Below are positions 49,522-59,593 of a DNA stretch of 64,000 nucleotides, piece by piece. The stretch spans positions 721,680 through 785,679 of the forward strand of contig CP006914.1 in NCBI GenBank assembly GCA_000503835.1, written 5' to 3'. The DNA comes from a candidate division WWE3 bacterium RAAC2_WWE3_1. GTDB taxonomy: Bacteria > Patescibacteriota > WWE3 > UBA101185 > UBA10185. A program made the position numbers and the translations under genes. Position 1 is the first letter of the stretch; the number at the start of each line of letters is the position of its first letter. The notes beneath the pieces were generated by a model that ran no database searches, was not told the origin of the DNA, and worked only from the letters and a program-made list of their open reading frames with translations.

Positions 49522-51027
49522 ATGAATATAATTGCAAGGATAAAAAGATTGTCGGATATTTTCTTCGCGGGCAAAAGAAGGAGCGTCGCACCTTTTGTTT
49601 TGCTGAATATTTTCCTGATACTGCTCGAGGTCTTATATATATTTTCCAGGTATAAGTATATTAATTCAGAAATACCTTTTTGGTTCGCAAAAAGTTGGGG
49701 TGACTTTCAATTATCCCCCAAATACTATATCTATTATTTGCCGGCGACCGCGTTCGTGTTAACTATGCTTGCGGGAACGATAAGATACGTTAATCGTTTA
49801 TACCTGAGATATTTTGATGAGATTGTTTCCTATTTTGTATCCATAGTTAACGTATTCTTTTTCTATTCTATCTATTACATCATACAGTCGGCCTCTCTGC
49901 CTTTTCCGCCCATTATTTCGGCAAAATTTTTAACCTTGGTTCCTCCGTTCATCGCAGCTTTTTTGGCAGTTTATGCGGTGCTCCCGTACTTTATCGATTT
50001 AGCCCACAGGAAACGTCTTGTTACGGACCCGGGAGTGCATACCCACCCGGCGATGCTTTTAAGAGAACCTTCTGCCCGCGGAGGAGGTTTTGTATATGCA
50101 ATAATATTTTTACTTCTTAGTGCGGTATTTCTGGGGGTTGGAAAACAATTCCAGGGTGTTTATCTTTCTGTTTTCATGCTCGCCGTTCTTGGCATCATCG
50201 ATGACTTTCAGAATACCCACCCGACGTCTGAATTCAGGGTGCTGGAAAACCCGCTTTTACGTTTGCTACTGTTGTTCCTCTGTGTGCTTCCCGTAATTTT
50301 ATCGGGCCTGGTCGTAAGCACGGTAAGCATACCTTTTAACGGTCTTGTGAATTTAGGGAATATTAGCATTTCAGTAGGCTCCGTTTCCATACCGGTTGTT
50401 TCCGCTGTTCTAACAATGATCTGGGTTGTCTGGATGATGAACTCTCTTTCGTGGTCCAACGGGATTGATGGACAATTTGCCGGGGTGATAGGTATTTCTT
50501 CAATCTTTGTCGCCATATTGGCATTAAGGTTTGAGGACCTCGAGCCTCTGCAAAGGAGCGTAGCGGTAATGGCTGCAATAAGCGCCGGGGCGGCCTTCGG
50601 ATTTACAAAGTATACGTGGTATCCGTCAAAGATTATGTGGGGTTTCGGTGCGATGGCGGCGGGTCTTGTGATAGCTGCGCTCTCGATTGCAGTTCAAACC
50701 AAGGTTCTGGTTTCGGTACTTTTCATCTTAATACCCTTTCTCGACGCGCTGGTCACTTTCTTCAGAAGAATTTTCCAGGGGAGAAATCCATTATCGGGAG
50801 ACAGGGGGCATCTGCACCATTTGCTGTTGGACAGGGGGTGGAGCGTTCAGAAAATAGCGCGTTTTTATTGGTCCGCAGCACTTGTTTTTGGGCTAATAGG
50901 ACTCTTGTCGCCGGAGAGATACATAGTTAAACTGTCCCTTACAATAATCGGTGCCGTTGGATTTCTTATAGCGCTGTTGAACCTAAAATCATTAGGGCGG
51001 AGAAAGCAGAAACAAGAATCTGCGTAA
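49522..51027 (+). CDS. MraY/WecA-like polyprenyl-phosphate sugar-phosphate transferase with N-terminal membrane extension
   Basis: GGG, GIIDD, N..SWSNGIDG, YPSKI and DRGHLHH. Confidence 0.85.
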   Translation: MNIIARIKRLSDIFFAGKRRSVAPFVLLNIFLILLEVLYIFSRYKYINSEIPFWFAKSWGDFQLSPKYYIYYLPATAFVLTMLAGTIRYVNRLYLRYFDEIVSYFVSIVNVFFFYSIYYIIQSASLPFPPIISAKFLTLVPPFIAAFLAVYAVLPYFIDLAHRKRLVTDPGVHTHPAMLLREPSARGGGFVYAIIFLLLSAVFLGVGKQFQGVYLSVFMLAVLGIIDDFQNTHPTSEFRVLENPLLRLLLLFLCVLPVILSGLVVSTVSIPFNGLVNLGNISISVGSVSIPVVSAVLTMIWVVWMMNSLSWSNGIDGQFAGVIGISSIFVAILALRFEDLEPLQRSVAVMAAISAGAAFGFTKYTWYPSKIMWGFGAMAAGLVIAALSIAVQTKVLVSVLFILIPFLDALVTFFRRIFQGRNPLSGDRGHLHHLLLDRGWSVQKIARFYWSAALVFGLIGLLSPERYIVKLSLTIIGAVGFLIALLNLKSLGRRKQKQESA

Positions 51028-51442
51028 GTATCCCCCACGGGAGAGGAGATTGAAATTGAAGTTTCGCCTGAACCCGGTTATTTATTTTTAGTAAACCGTT
51101 CAGGTTTTTGAGGTACATTGTCATTCCGCTAAGAAGGTCCGGTAAAACTCCCCCTATCCCGCAAATTAGCATTCGGAACGCAAGCGTTGGGTCATTTACA
51201 ATCCAAAGAGCGTAAAGGACCGAAGCTGTTCCTGCGGATACAGCGAGGGACAGTTCTCCGGCTACTGCTAAGGGCCGCCATCCGGAAACCCTTTCTTCTT
51301 CGGTCGTGCCTGAGAAAAAATCCCAATGCGGAACCATGTCGCCCAGGTAATGCATACCTATAGAGACCGGAAACGCTATTAAGGGATTTTTTACCACTGT
51401 CGCCACTGCCAGGCCTACGAGTGTGTGAGGTGTTAGAAGCAT
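50966..51442 (-). CDS. Membrane-bound metal-dependent hydrolase-like protein
   Basis: TPH, HYLGD.VPHWD and LPD motifs. Confidence 0.55.
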   Translation of the reverse strand: MLLTPHTLVGLAVATVVKNPLIAFPVSIGMHYLGDMVPHWDFFSGTTEEERVSGWRPLAVAGELSLAVSAGTASVLYALWIVNDPTLAFRMLICGIGGVLPDLLSGMTMYLKNLNGLLKINNRVQAKLQFQSPLPWGILTQILVSAFSALMILGSTAL

Positions 51443-51653
51443 AACAAGATAGAATTTTAATTTATCTACGTATAAAATTCAACCCCGGTTCACTTTTTTC
51501 ATTCTATTTTCATTTTTGAAGTCTAGTTATTGTTTATTTACATTTTTACTCAAGCCGGAGTAGGAGGATAGGTTCCACACTTACATGAAAAACAAAAGAA
51601 GAATACTCTAATACATGTGGGTGTATATTAAATTGGACTAACGAATATTTCAA

Positions 51654-52322
51654 ATGAGATTTCTCTTAGTTAATTCCGGAAGTTTTCGGGAACAAACTGT
51701 TCTGAACGAAATACGTAAATACGGTGTCTGCGATGTAACCGCCGATTCAGGCGAGTGTCTTTATATGGCAGATTGTACCGAATATGACTGTCTGGTTCTG
51801 ACTCCTAACATAAAAGGAAAACAGGCTCTGGAATTATGCAAAGAACTTCGTGCAAATGATGTCAAAATACCCATAGCGTATCTTTCGCCAAGCCCCAACT
51901 CCGAGGAGAAAGTTCTGTTCCTGAACTCCGGCGCGGACATATATTTGTCATCGAAAGCGCTGGCAGGTGAGTTCCACGCGGAGTTTCGGGTTTTATTAAG
52001 ACGCGACCTGGCTACAAAAACATACGATACGGTAGAGTTTAAAGGATTCAATTTAAACTTGCGCAGCCGCCTGTTATTTTTCGGAGAGCAGGGGGTTCAC
52101 CTGAGAAAAAAGGAGTACGAACTAATGGAGTATTTTGCTTTTAACAGGGGGAGGGTTATTACCCGGGAGATACTTTTAGAGCATATCTGGGAATTGGGTT
52201 TAGAGATTCCTTCGAACACCCTGGTAGTTCATATAAGGAACCTGAGGATAAAATTCAAAATGTATACTTCGGAGCAGATTATTGAGACCAAAAGAGGTCG
52301 CGGATATATTTTGCATGCTTGA
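51654..52322 (+). CDS. OmpR-family response regulator with atypical receiver
   Basis: C-terminal L..KEY.L, LLEHIW, V.VHI.NLR.K and T.RG.GY; the phospho-Asp position reads CLVLT. Confidence 0.85.
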   Translation: MRFLLVNSGSFREQTVLNEIRKYGVCDVTADSGECLYMADCTEYDCLVLTPNIKGKQALELCKELRANDVKIPIAYLSPSPNSEEKVLFLNSGADIYLSSKALAGEFHAEFRVLLRRDLATKTYDTVEFKGFNLNLRSRLLFFGEQGVHLRKKEYELMEYFAFNRGRVITREILLEHIWELGLEIPSNTLVVHIRNLRIKFKMYTSEQIIETKRGRGYILHA

Positions 52323-52354
52323 GAAAAAGTGAAAAAAGCCATATTATTCCACTA

Positions 52355-53299
52355 ATGGTCTACACATTCTATCAACTGATTAGAACGGCACGTCCCAGGC
52401 AGTGGCTGAAAAATTTAAGCCTGTTTGCCGCCCCCATTTTTGCGGGAAGACTGTTTTACCCCGATACTATGGCTTTAACTTCAAAGGCGTTTATTGCTTT
52501 TTGTCTATTATCGTCAGGAAGTTACTTTGTAAACGATATTATCGACGCTCAGAAAGACCGGCTTCACCCGATAAAGAAGAACCGTCCGATAGCTTCCGGC
52601 CGTCTTTCTCCAACCCTCGCATCTATCGTTGCGGGGATTCTTATAGTGTCTTCCCTGCTTGTAGGTTTCGGTGCCGTGGGTACTTACTTCGGATTATCGT
52701 TAGTGGCTTACATAGTTCTGCAGATGTCGTACTCACTGTATTTCAGGAATGTAATAATCATGGACTCTTTGGTTGTGGCTACCGGATTTGTTCTTAGGGT
52801 TTTTGCAGGCGGCCTGGCGTCATACGCATCTATTTCAAGCTGGCTGGCTCTGACCACTATCGGGATTTCTCTTCTTTTGGCGTTTGGAAAGAGAAGATCG
52901 GAAAAGACAATTCTTTCAAGATATTCTCCGTCTCAGGGCGAAATGGCAACGAGAAAAACTCTCAGGCATTACCCTGACAACCTTTTGGATAGCATGATCT
53001 CTATGGCGGCCACTTACACGATAATAACTTACTCACTATTTGTTTTTCAGATATCTCCGAGAGGAACGAACGACGCTTTGTTAAAGATACTGCCTTCAAT
53101 ATTGAAATCTCCGAAGTGGATGATGCTTACTATACCGCTGGTTATCTACGGCGTGGCAAGATATTTGTATGTAATATATGAAAAAGACGAAGCGGAATCT
53201 CCTGAGAGAGTGTTGCTTTCGGATAAACCTCTTCTTCTCACCGTAACTTTTTGGGGGCTTCTGACGATGCTGATTATATTTTTAATTCCCGATCTCTAG
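52355..53299 (+). CDS. UbiA-family decaprenyl-phosphate phosphoribosyltransferase
   Basis: RPRQWLKN, ND..D...DRLHP.K..RP.ASG and KRRSE. Confidence 0.88.
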   Translation: MVYTFYQLIRTARPRQWLKNLSLFAAPIFAGRLFYPDTMALTSKAFIAFCLLSSGSYFVNDIIDAQKDRLHPIKKNRPIASGRLSPTLASIVAGILIVSSLLVGFGAVGTYFGLSLVAYIVLQMSYSLYFRNVIIMDSLVVATGFVLRVFAGGLASYASISSWLALTTIGISLLLAFGKRRSEKTILSRYSPSQGEMATRKTLRHYPDNLLDSMISMAATYTIITYSLFVFQISPRGTNDALLKILPSILKSPKWMMLTIPLVIYGVARYLYVIYEKDEAESPERVLLSDKPLLLTVTFWGLLTMLIIFLIPDL

Positions 53300-53599
53300 T
53301 TCGTCAGGCACTGATGATTCAGCGGTTCCGGAAGACCCGGATGTTACCCCGGGCTCTGCAGACTGTCTTGCCATCTCAAGCTCGACTTTTCTTATTATCT
53401 CCTCCAGTTCAACGGGCATGTCGTTGTACAATTTTTCTCCCTTGTTGATATTTTCATCCTGAGCTGACAACACCTCGGAGCTTTCAACTGTCCCCGCGTT
53501 GAAACCTGCCATTGAAACTGCCAGCACCGGTATAAGGAGCAGTAAAGAGAGAACGGAGAAAAGCCCGGCGTTCATAAATAGTTTATTTATGAATTTCAT
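53282..53599 (-). CDS. Hypothetical exported protein
   Basis: N-terminal TM and acidic tail. Confidence 0.55.
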   Translation of the reverse strand: MKFINKLFMNAGLFSVLSLLLLIPVLAVSMAGFNAGTVESSEVLSAQDENINKGEKLYNDMPVELEEIIRKVELEMARQSAEPGVTSGSSGTAESSVPDELEIGN

Positions 53600-53601
53600 A
53601 G

Positions 53602-54159
53602 TTAATCCGTGTTTACCTCCAAAAATGTGACGTTGTGATCCAGACCGTCATCTTCAGATGTCTTAACCTCATTCTCAATATCGGAAATCAAAAAGATAGA
53701 AGAAACCACTGCTACGGTAAGTGTTATGTAGAAAACGAAGGAGTATATGTATGAGTATAACGCCAGAGCTCCGGTAAGTATTGTCATAAGATAGGCATAC
53801 GAGATCCAGATTGCCCCCTTGGTGTAAAGATCCAGTGAACTTTGAACCAACCCCTGCATCCTTAAGGAAAAGAGCATGGCTGTCAATTTCGGCGTAATGT
53901 GGGTGTCATGGAATACGTGGGCTTTCAGAAGGAAAAAGGCAAGGCTTATGGCAAGTACTGCGGTCATTATTAACATTGAGTAGGAGTTTATCTGGATATA
54001 CTGCTCTTTGCCCTCGAAGATAAATCCCTTATTTGTCAGTTCAAACGGCACTTCGAAATACATCGCTAAAAGAGCCATCGAAACTATTCTTGTTGAAACC
54101 AGCACAACCGCGGGAACTATAGCCTGGTCGATAAGTTTAATAAGCAGTTTAGAGAACAT
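53602..54159 (-). CDS. Hypothetical membrane protein
   Basis: Four TMs; 185 aa. Confidence 0.65.
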   Translation of the reverse strand: MFSKLLIKLIDQAIVPAVVLVSTRIVSMALLAMYFEVPFELTNKGFIFEGKEQYIQINSYSMLIMTAVLAISLAFFLLKAHVFHDTHITPKLTAMLFSLRMQGLVQSSLDLYTKGAIWISYAYLMTILTGALALYSYIYSFVFYITLTVAVVSSIFLISDIENEVKTSEDDGLDHNVTFLEVNTD

Positions 54160-54214
54160 AATATTTGCACCGGCCGGAGAAAGATTTGGGCAGGCTTGAT
54201 ATGATATTACTACT

Positions 54215-55510
54215 ATGCATTTTGTTCCGTCAATAAAACGGTTCTTGAGTAAGCCTTATTTGCTCATATATTCTTTTCTCATTTTTGTCCTGCCTTTTGT
54301 TTTTTCCCGCGAAACCGCCGAACTATATGAGTTTCCCAAGATTACGTTTTTCTATCTGATTTGTACTATCACAGCAGCTTTGTTTCTATCCGATGTCATC
54401 CTGAAACCGCGAAAAATATCTTCGGTTCCTCCGGCTATAGTTCTATTTCTTATTTCGGCCGGTATTTCCACTCTGCTTTCTTCCCACATCTATACCTCGG
54501 TATTTGGATATTATTCGAGATTTGCCGATTCTTTTGTTTTTTATATCACACTCGCTATTTTTTATTACGTTGCAGTGAATGTGTTTTCTGCCGAAGATCT
54601 AAAGACGCTTTTTAAGGTCGCCCAGGCCGGATCCGTGTTTCTTTTTATGTTCGCCCTCGGTCAGTATTTTAAACCGTTCGAATTTTTATGGGGAGGACAG
54701 TTGCAGGACAGGGTGTTCTCGACCCTGGGGCAACCTAATTGGTATGCTCAGTACATCATAATATTGTTAGGGATTAGTTTGTACGAATTCATTTTTCGTA
54801 ACGGGAAGATATATTTTGTTTTGTTTGTTGTTCAGTTCTTTTCTCTTTGGCTGACTTTCTCAATGTCGGGCCTGGCCGGATTTTTAGTGCTTCTCATTTT
54901 TTACTTTTCGCGTTCTTTCCTTGATAAGGAAAAAGCCGAAGAAAGATCGGCCATGGCTTTCCGTTTCGCGGCTGTTGCGCTCGTGACGTTAATCATTCCT
55001 ATTTTATTTCCGGGAATGTTCAGAGAAAGACTTAACGATGTTCTCATCGATGCCAAAAAAATTGTGAGTAAATATACTGTGGTTCGGGCGCAAACCGAAG
55101 ATCAGGCTAATTTTGTTTCTGATCCCGGGTACATAAGATCGGGGTTGTGGAAAGGTACGGTGGACATGATTGTTTCGGAGCCGAAAGTATTTTTGTTCGG
55201 CAGCGGACCGGAAACATTTCCTTATTACTTTCAAAAATTCAGACCTGCCAGCCTGAACTATTCTTCCGAGTGGAACTACGTTTTTAATAAACCCCACAAT
55301 TATTACCTGGAAATGTGGGCGGAACAGGGATTGGCCGGCGTCTTTTCATATATATTTTTACTTTTCTTTTTGTTCAGATGCACAGACAGGAGATATAAAG
55401 GCGGTATTTTGGCATTTGCCGTCACTAACATGTTCGGGTGGCCGACTGTAGCGTCGTCAATACTGTTCTGGCTTTTATTGGTTTCGACCGGGAGGAGGGG
55501 GGAGCTGTGA
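54215..55510 (+). CDS. O-antigen ligase/WaaL-like membrane protein
   Basis: R..ST.GQPN, R..LW, G.GPETF and HN.YL. Confidence 0.85.
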   Translation: MHFVPSIKRFLSKPYLLIYSFLIFVLPFVFSRETAELYEFPKITFFYLICTITAALFLSDVILKPRKISSVPPAIVLFLISAGISTLLSSHIYTSVFGYYSRFADSFVFYITLAIFYYVAVNVFSAEDLKTLFKVAQAGSVFLFMFALGQYFKPFEFLWGGQLQDRVFSTLGQPNWYAQYIIILLGISLYEFIFRNGKIYFVLFVVQFFSLWLTFSMSGLAGFLVLLIFYFSRSFLDKEKAEERSAMAFRFAAVALVTLIIPILFPGMFRERLNDVLIDAKKIVSKYTVVRAQTEDQANFVSDPGYIRSGLWKGTVDMIVSEPKVFLFGSGPETFPYYFQKFRPASLNYSSEWNYVFNKPHNYYLEMWAEQGLAGVFSYIFLLFFLFRCTDRRYKGGILAFAVTNMFGWPTVASSILFWLLLVSTGRRGEL

Positions 55511-56106
55511 AGTTTTTTAAGCTGTTATCGGTAGCGGTAGTTTGGGTCTCTGCGGTCTACGTAATTTCTTTTGTAAATAGAATTTATATGGCGGACAAGC
55601 TATCCGTGCAAGCGTCAGATTTTCTGAAGGAGATGGAGTATGAGAAGGCTTTGAATGCGGCAAACAGATCGTTGGAACTGAATTCTTCAGAGCCCTCGTA
55701 CTACAGAACTAGGGCATTGATATATCTGACGTTGGGTGCTGCAGAAAAAGATGGGGTTAAAAAGCTTGCCCACAAAAGAAGTGCTTACGGTGATCTGCGG
55801 AAATCTCTCAGTTTAAATCCGAATAATCTCGTGACGGAAAGGAATCTCGTTCCGGTTTACTACTTTTTGGCTAACGAAGATCCGGCCGCCGAACCCGGAA
55901 CCGGCAACCATGCCCCGGAGTTTATCAGTGAGACAAAAAATTATTTTCAAATGCTTAAGGGAAAATATTCCCGTGACGCCGGAGTTATCTCGTTGGTTGC
56001 GGATTACGAGAAAAAGCTCGGTTTAATCGAGGAGTATGAGAAAAGTAAGGAAATTATTAGATTACTTAGACCCGACCTGCTGGAGTGGTACGGTTCATTC
56101 AACTAG
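55507..56106 (+). CDS. TPR-containing protein, coupled to the ligase gene
   Basis: GTG start overlapping the upstream stop; TM followed by TPR-like helices. Confidence 0.6.
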   Translation: MKFFKLLSVAVVWVSAVYVISFVNRIYMADKLSVQASDFLKEMEYEKALNAANRSLELNSSEPSYYRTRALIYLTLGAAEKDGVKKLAHKRSAYGDLRKSLSLNPNNLVTERNLVPVYYFLANEDPAAEPGTGNHAPEFISETKNYFQMLKGKYSRDAGVISLVADYEKKLGLIEEYEKSKEIIRLLRPDLLEWYGSFN

Positions 56107-57285
56107 TTCTACATAGTCTGCAGATACCCAGCCCTCCGAAGTATCGGAGACCCTTATTTTCACCCATCCTGTTTGTTCTTCGAGCACCCGGTATATTCCG
56201 CCGGTGTCGACGCGTGTTATTTCGGTTCCATCCAGGCTTGGTTCGCTCCTCACCCTGAGCCATCCGGTAGGGGTTGTCTTTATCTTCGCTTGTTTACCGG
56301 TGGCCACTGTGCCGAGTAAAGTTTCAATGGTTTGTTTGGCCTCTTTAGAAAGTCCGGGTCCGTCGACCGTTCGTCCGAGATAGGCAATTCTACTTTCTGT
56401 TTTAACTGACGCCAGCTCTTCTTTTGTGGTGATGGGCGTCCCTTCCGCATTAAAAAGGTCTCCTTTATATGAAAGGAACAGTTCAAAAAACGTCTCTTTA
56501 TTCTCACCGGTTCCTTCGACGTTCAGGCCTCTGGACTTATTCCAGTGTATTACCGCTTTAGCCCATTCCTGAGGACTTGTGGTAACGACATTATTGTCCG
56601 AAGATAGGTCGTATATATTCCTGGATCCCTCAAAGGATGATATTTTCTGGGGAACGGGCAGAGGGAAGAGCTTAAACGTGGTATTCAGCGTGTACCCCTT
56701 ATTTATAGTTATCCTTGAAGATTGGGGTTCAAATCCTGCTACAACTACTTTTAGCTCGTAATCCCCGTTGCTAATGTTGTTTGACAAGAAAGGGGTGACT
56801 CCTACCTCGGAGTTGTCGATGTAGACTTTGGCTCCCGACGGTTCGCTTATTACCCTGAGGACGTTGCCTGAAGTATCTTTCTCGAACCAAAACTCTCTAC
56901 CTGAACTGAAAGTATCTGAACTCCCGAGATCCCTCACGATACCTACATAATGGATATTGTCGCCCTCACGGGGTAAGAAATTTATAGAAGTTTGGTATTG
57001 TCTATCCCCGCTTTTTAGGGTGACTTTATTGCTTCCTGAGGCTATGTCGTTCGATGTGTACGGTGTTTTACTGACGAATTTATCGTTAATGTATATTTCG
57101 GCCGATTCTCCCGAAACCTCAACATTTAGCCCTGATTTTGACCTTAATTTGTCGGCGTTAGTTATGATATACCCCCCAAAATACACTATAAGTCCCACAC
57201 CTATAATACCGATGATGTAGAGGACGGCGTTGGGCAGTGATTTTTCCTTGTTAGCAATAGTAGATATTGACATGGAACAATACAT
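56095..57285 (-). CDS. PEGA-domain protein with C-terminal SH3b
   Basis: S.PSGAKVYID...G.TP; LRVR..P......GWVKI......GWVS.DY. Confidence 0.85.
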   Translation of the reverse strand: MYCSMSISTIANKEKSLPNAVLYIIGIIGVGLIVYFGGYIITNADKLRSKSGLNVEVSGESAEIYINDKFVSKTPYTSNDIASGSNKVTLKSGDRQYQTSINFLPREGDNIHYVGIVRDLGSSDTFSSGREFWFEKDTSGNVLRVISEPSGAKVYIDNSEVGVTPFLSNNISNGDYELKVVVAGFEPQSSRITINKGYTLNTTFKLFPLPVPQKISSFEGSRNIYDLSSDNNVVTTSPQEWAKAVIHWNKSRGLNVEGTGENKETFFELFLSYKGDLFNAEGTPITTKEELASVKTESRIAYLGRTVDGPGLSKEAKQTIETLLGTVATGKQAKIKTTPTGWLRVRSEPSLDGTEITRVDTGGIYRVLEEQTGWVKIRVSDTSEGWVSADYVELVE

Positions 57286-57317
57286 AAATTATCACGGCAA
57301 TGGTAAAATGGCAACAT

Positions 57318-57392
57318 GGCCTGGTAGCCAAGCGGCAAGGCAAGGGTCTGCAAAACCCTCATGCGCGGGTTCGATTCCCGCCCAGGCCTCCA
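57318..57392 (+). tRNA. tRNA-Cys(GCA)
   Basis: GGCCTGG/CCAGGCC-T-CCA acceptor and CTGCAAA loop. Confidence 0.94.
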
Positions 57393-57600
57393 AAGACTAC
57401 GACGTACATTTTGTACGGCGAAGTTTTTGTGGTTTGGTAGGAAGAAGCGCCACGCGAAGCGGTTCGACTTTTGGTGCTATAGTAATCTATAGCTCAAATG
57501 GAACGTTCTCGAGCGGAGCGAGAGGTTGTTACTTTTTGTAAAGTAAATGGAACGTTCTCGAGCGGAGCGAGAGGTTGTTATTCCCGCCCAGGCCTCCAAA
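57374..57600 (+). repeat. ~206-bp element bounded by a 21-bp repeat of the tRNA-Cys 3' end, with an internal 36-bp direct repeat
   Basis: ATTCCCGCCCAGGCCTCCAAA at 57374-57394 and 57580-57600; AAATGGAACGTTCTCGAGCGGAGCGAGAGGTTGTTA at 57496-57531 and 57545-57580. Confidence 0.85.
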
Positions 57601-57656
57601 AAAGTTCGGCAGGTATGCTGCCTGACGAAGTGTGTCGTCACGGGAACTATCGCTTT

Positions 57657-59495
57657 ATGACATCTAAAGAAATACTACAAAAATATATAAACTTTTATAC
57701 GGAGCGCGGGCACAAGCAAATCCCCAACGTTTCACTTATTCCCGAAGGAGACTCAACATTACTTTTCGTAAACTCAGGCATGTTTCCTTTAGTACCTTAC
57801 CTTTCCGGAGAGCAGCACCCTTTGGGTAAAAGGTTAGTAAATGTACAGCGTTCGTTACGTTTCGAGGACATAGAGGAAGTTGGTACGACGATAAGACACA
57901 CAATAGCTTTTCATATGATAGGGAATTGGTCGCTCGGCGATTATTTTAAAAAAGAACAATTGCCTTGGGCATACGAATTTCTTATCGAAGTATTAGGACT
58001 AGCTCCGGAAAAACTTTTTGCAACCGTTTTTGAAGGGGACGCCAACGCTCCGAGAGACGACGAATCCATAGCAATTCTAAAAGAAGTTTTTAAAAAATAC
58101 GGCATTGAGGCAAAGGAAGGTGAAAGGATCTTTTTATGCGGTAAAAAGGACAATTGGTGGCAGCGCGGTGACGCCGTAGGCGAGCTCGGAGGTCCCGATA
58201 GCGAGGTTTTTTATTACCTCGGCTCAGGAACCGGCGTAGGAAAATCCCCGACCGATAGTCCGGATGAATTTTTAGAAATCGGAAACTCGGTTTTTATGCA
58301 ATATAAGAAGACCGAAAAAGGTTGGGAGCCCCTTTCACAAAAGAACGTAGATTTCGGCGGCGGACTGGAAAGATTAGCCGTGGTTTCTCAAAATAAACAC
58401 GATATTTTCGAAACAGATAATTTCTGGCCTATTGTGGAAAAAATTGAGGAATTATCAGGAAAGTCCTATTCTTCCGACGACAGGACCAAGCGGGCAATGA
58501 GGATTATATCTGACCACATGAGAGCCGCGTGTTTGCTGGGAATGGACGGCGTACAGCCTGAAAACAAAGACCAGGGGTATGTTTTAAGGAGGCTGTTAAG
58601 AAGAATGGTGAGGTCGGGAAAAATTCTGGGAATTGAAAAAGAGCTTACTTCTTCTTTGGTAGACCCCGTTATAACTGCCGTGGGATGGCTTTATCCCCAA
58701 CTATCAGAGAGAAAAGAACAGCTTAAAAAAACCTTTACGGATGAGGAAGAGAAGTTCAGAAAAACCCTAACGAGGGGCTCAGTCATTTTAGAAAAAGCTT
58801 TGCTTAAAATCGGACACGAAGAACTCAAGAAGAAAACACTTAGGGAGTGGGCTCAAATGTCTTTTGATCTGTTCCAGTCCGTGGGTTACCCCGAAGAAAT
58901 TTTCATAGACGATCTTGAGGATAAGGGAATACTTCCGGACCATAAAGATTTTCACAAGGAGTTTTTAGCCGTATTTGACCTTCACCAGCAAAAATCACGT
59001 GCGGGAGCGGAAAATAAGTTTAAGGGCGGTCTGGCAGATCACAGTGAGGCGGTCATCAAATATCATACGACGACTCATCTGTTACAGGCAGCACTCAGGA
59101 AAGTATTGGGCGACCATGTGGGACAGTTGGGCAGCAACCTGACCGCCGAAAGACTGAGGTTCGATTTTTCCCATCATGGGAAAAAGATAAGTGAGCAGGA
59201 GGTTGCCGAGGTTCAGTCCATTGTAAACTCGATAATAAAGGAGGCGCTTCCCGTAGGTTTTATTGTTATGCCTAGAGAAGAAGCTGAAAGATCGGGTGCT
59301 CTCTACATGAAACATGAGACCTACCCTGACGAAGTTAAGGTTTATTATGTCGGAAACGATTTTTCTAATGCTGTTAGCAAAGAATTTTGCGGCGGACCCC
59401 ATGTGGCCAACACGGGTGAATTAGGTGAGTTCGAAATATATAAGCAGGAGAGTATCGGAGAAGGCAAACTTCGTATCTACGCCCATTTGAAATGA
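57657..59495 (+). CDS. alaS: Alanine--tRNA ligase lacking the C-Ala domain
   Basis: LLFVNSGM, GNWS.GDYFK, D.GGGLER, HT.THLL and E.CGGPHV; start re-called at MTSKE. Confidence 0.95.
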   Translation: MTSKEILQKYINFYTERGHKQIPNVSLIPEGDSTLLFVNSGMFPLVPYLSGEQHPLGKRLVNVQRSLRFEDIEEVGTTIRHTIAFHMIGNWSLGDYFKKEQLPWAYEFLIEVLGLAPEKLFATVFEGDANAPRDDESIAILKEVFKKYGIEAKEGERIFLCGKKDNWWQRGDAVGELGGPDSEVFYYLGSGTGVGKSPTDSPDEFLEIGNSVFMQYKKTEKGWEPLSQKNVDFGGGLERLAVVSQNKHDIFETDNFWPIVEKIEELSGKSYSSDDRTKRAMRIISDHMRAACLLGMDGVQPENKDQGYVLRRLLRRMVRSGKILGIEKELTSSLVDPVITAVGWLYPQLSERKEQLKKTFTDEEEKFRKTLTRGSVILEKALLKIGHEELKKKTLREWAQMSFDLFQSVGYPEEIFIDDLEDKGILPDHKDFHKEFLAVFDLHQQKSRAGAENKFKGGLADHSEAVIKYHTTTHLLQAALRKVLGDHVGQLGSNLTAERLRFDFSHHGKKISEQEVAEVQSIVNSIIKEALPVGFIVMPREEAERSGALYMKHETYPDEVKVYYVGNDFSNAVSKEFCGGPHVANTGELGEFEIYKQESIGEGKLRIYAHLK

Positions 59496-59499
59496 ACAG

Positions 59500-59526
59500 T
59501 TGACACTCTCCAACTTTGAGTGCTAT
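59500..59526 (+). promoter_or_regulatory. CIRCE-like element overlapping the groES promoter
   Basis: TTGACACTC-N9-GAGTGCTAT versus consensus TTAGCACTC-N9-GAGTGCTAA. Confidence 0.75.
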
Positions 59527-59593
59527 AAATTGATACGTTGTAGAATTGCCCTTATAAATTAAAGTAGTAAATTTTATTGCAACGGAGGTTTGT

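Noticed and set aside
57496-57580. Two 36-bp repeats as a mini-CRISPR
   Set aside because: The spacer is only 13 bp, there are two copies, they lie inside a tRNA-tail element, and there are no cas genes.
57498-57656. N-terminal extension of AlaRS in the ORF track
   Set aside because: It translates the repeat element; homology begins at MTSKE (57657).
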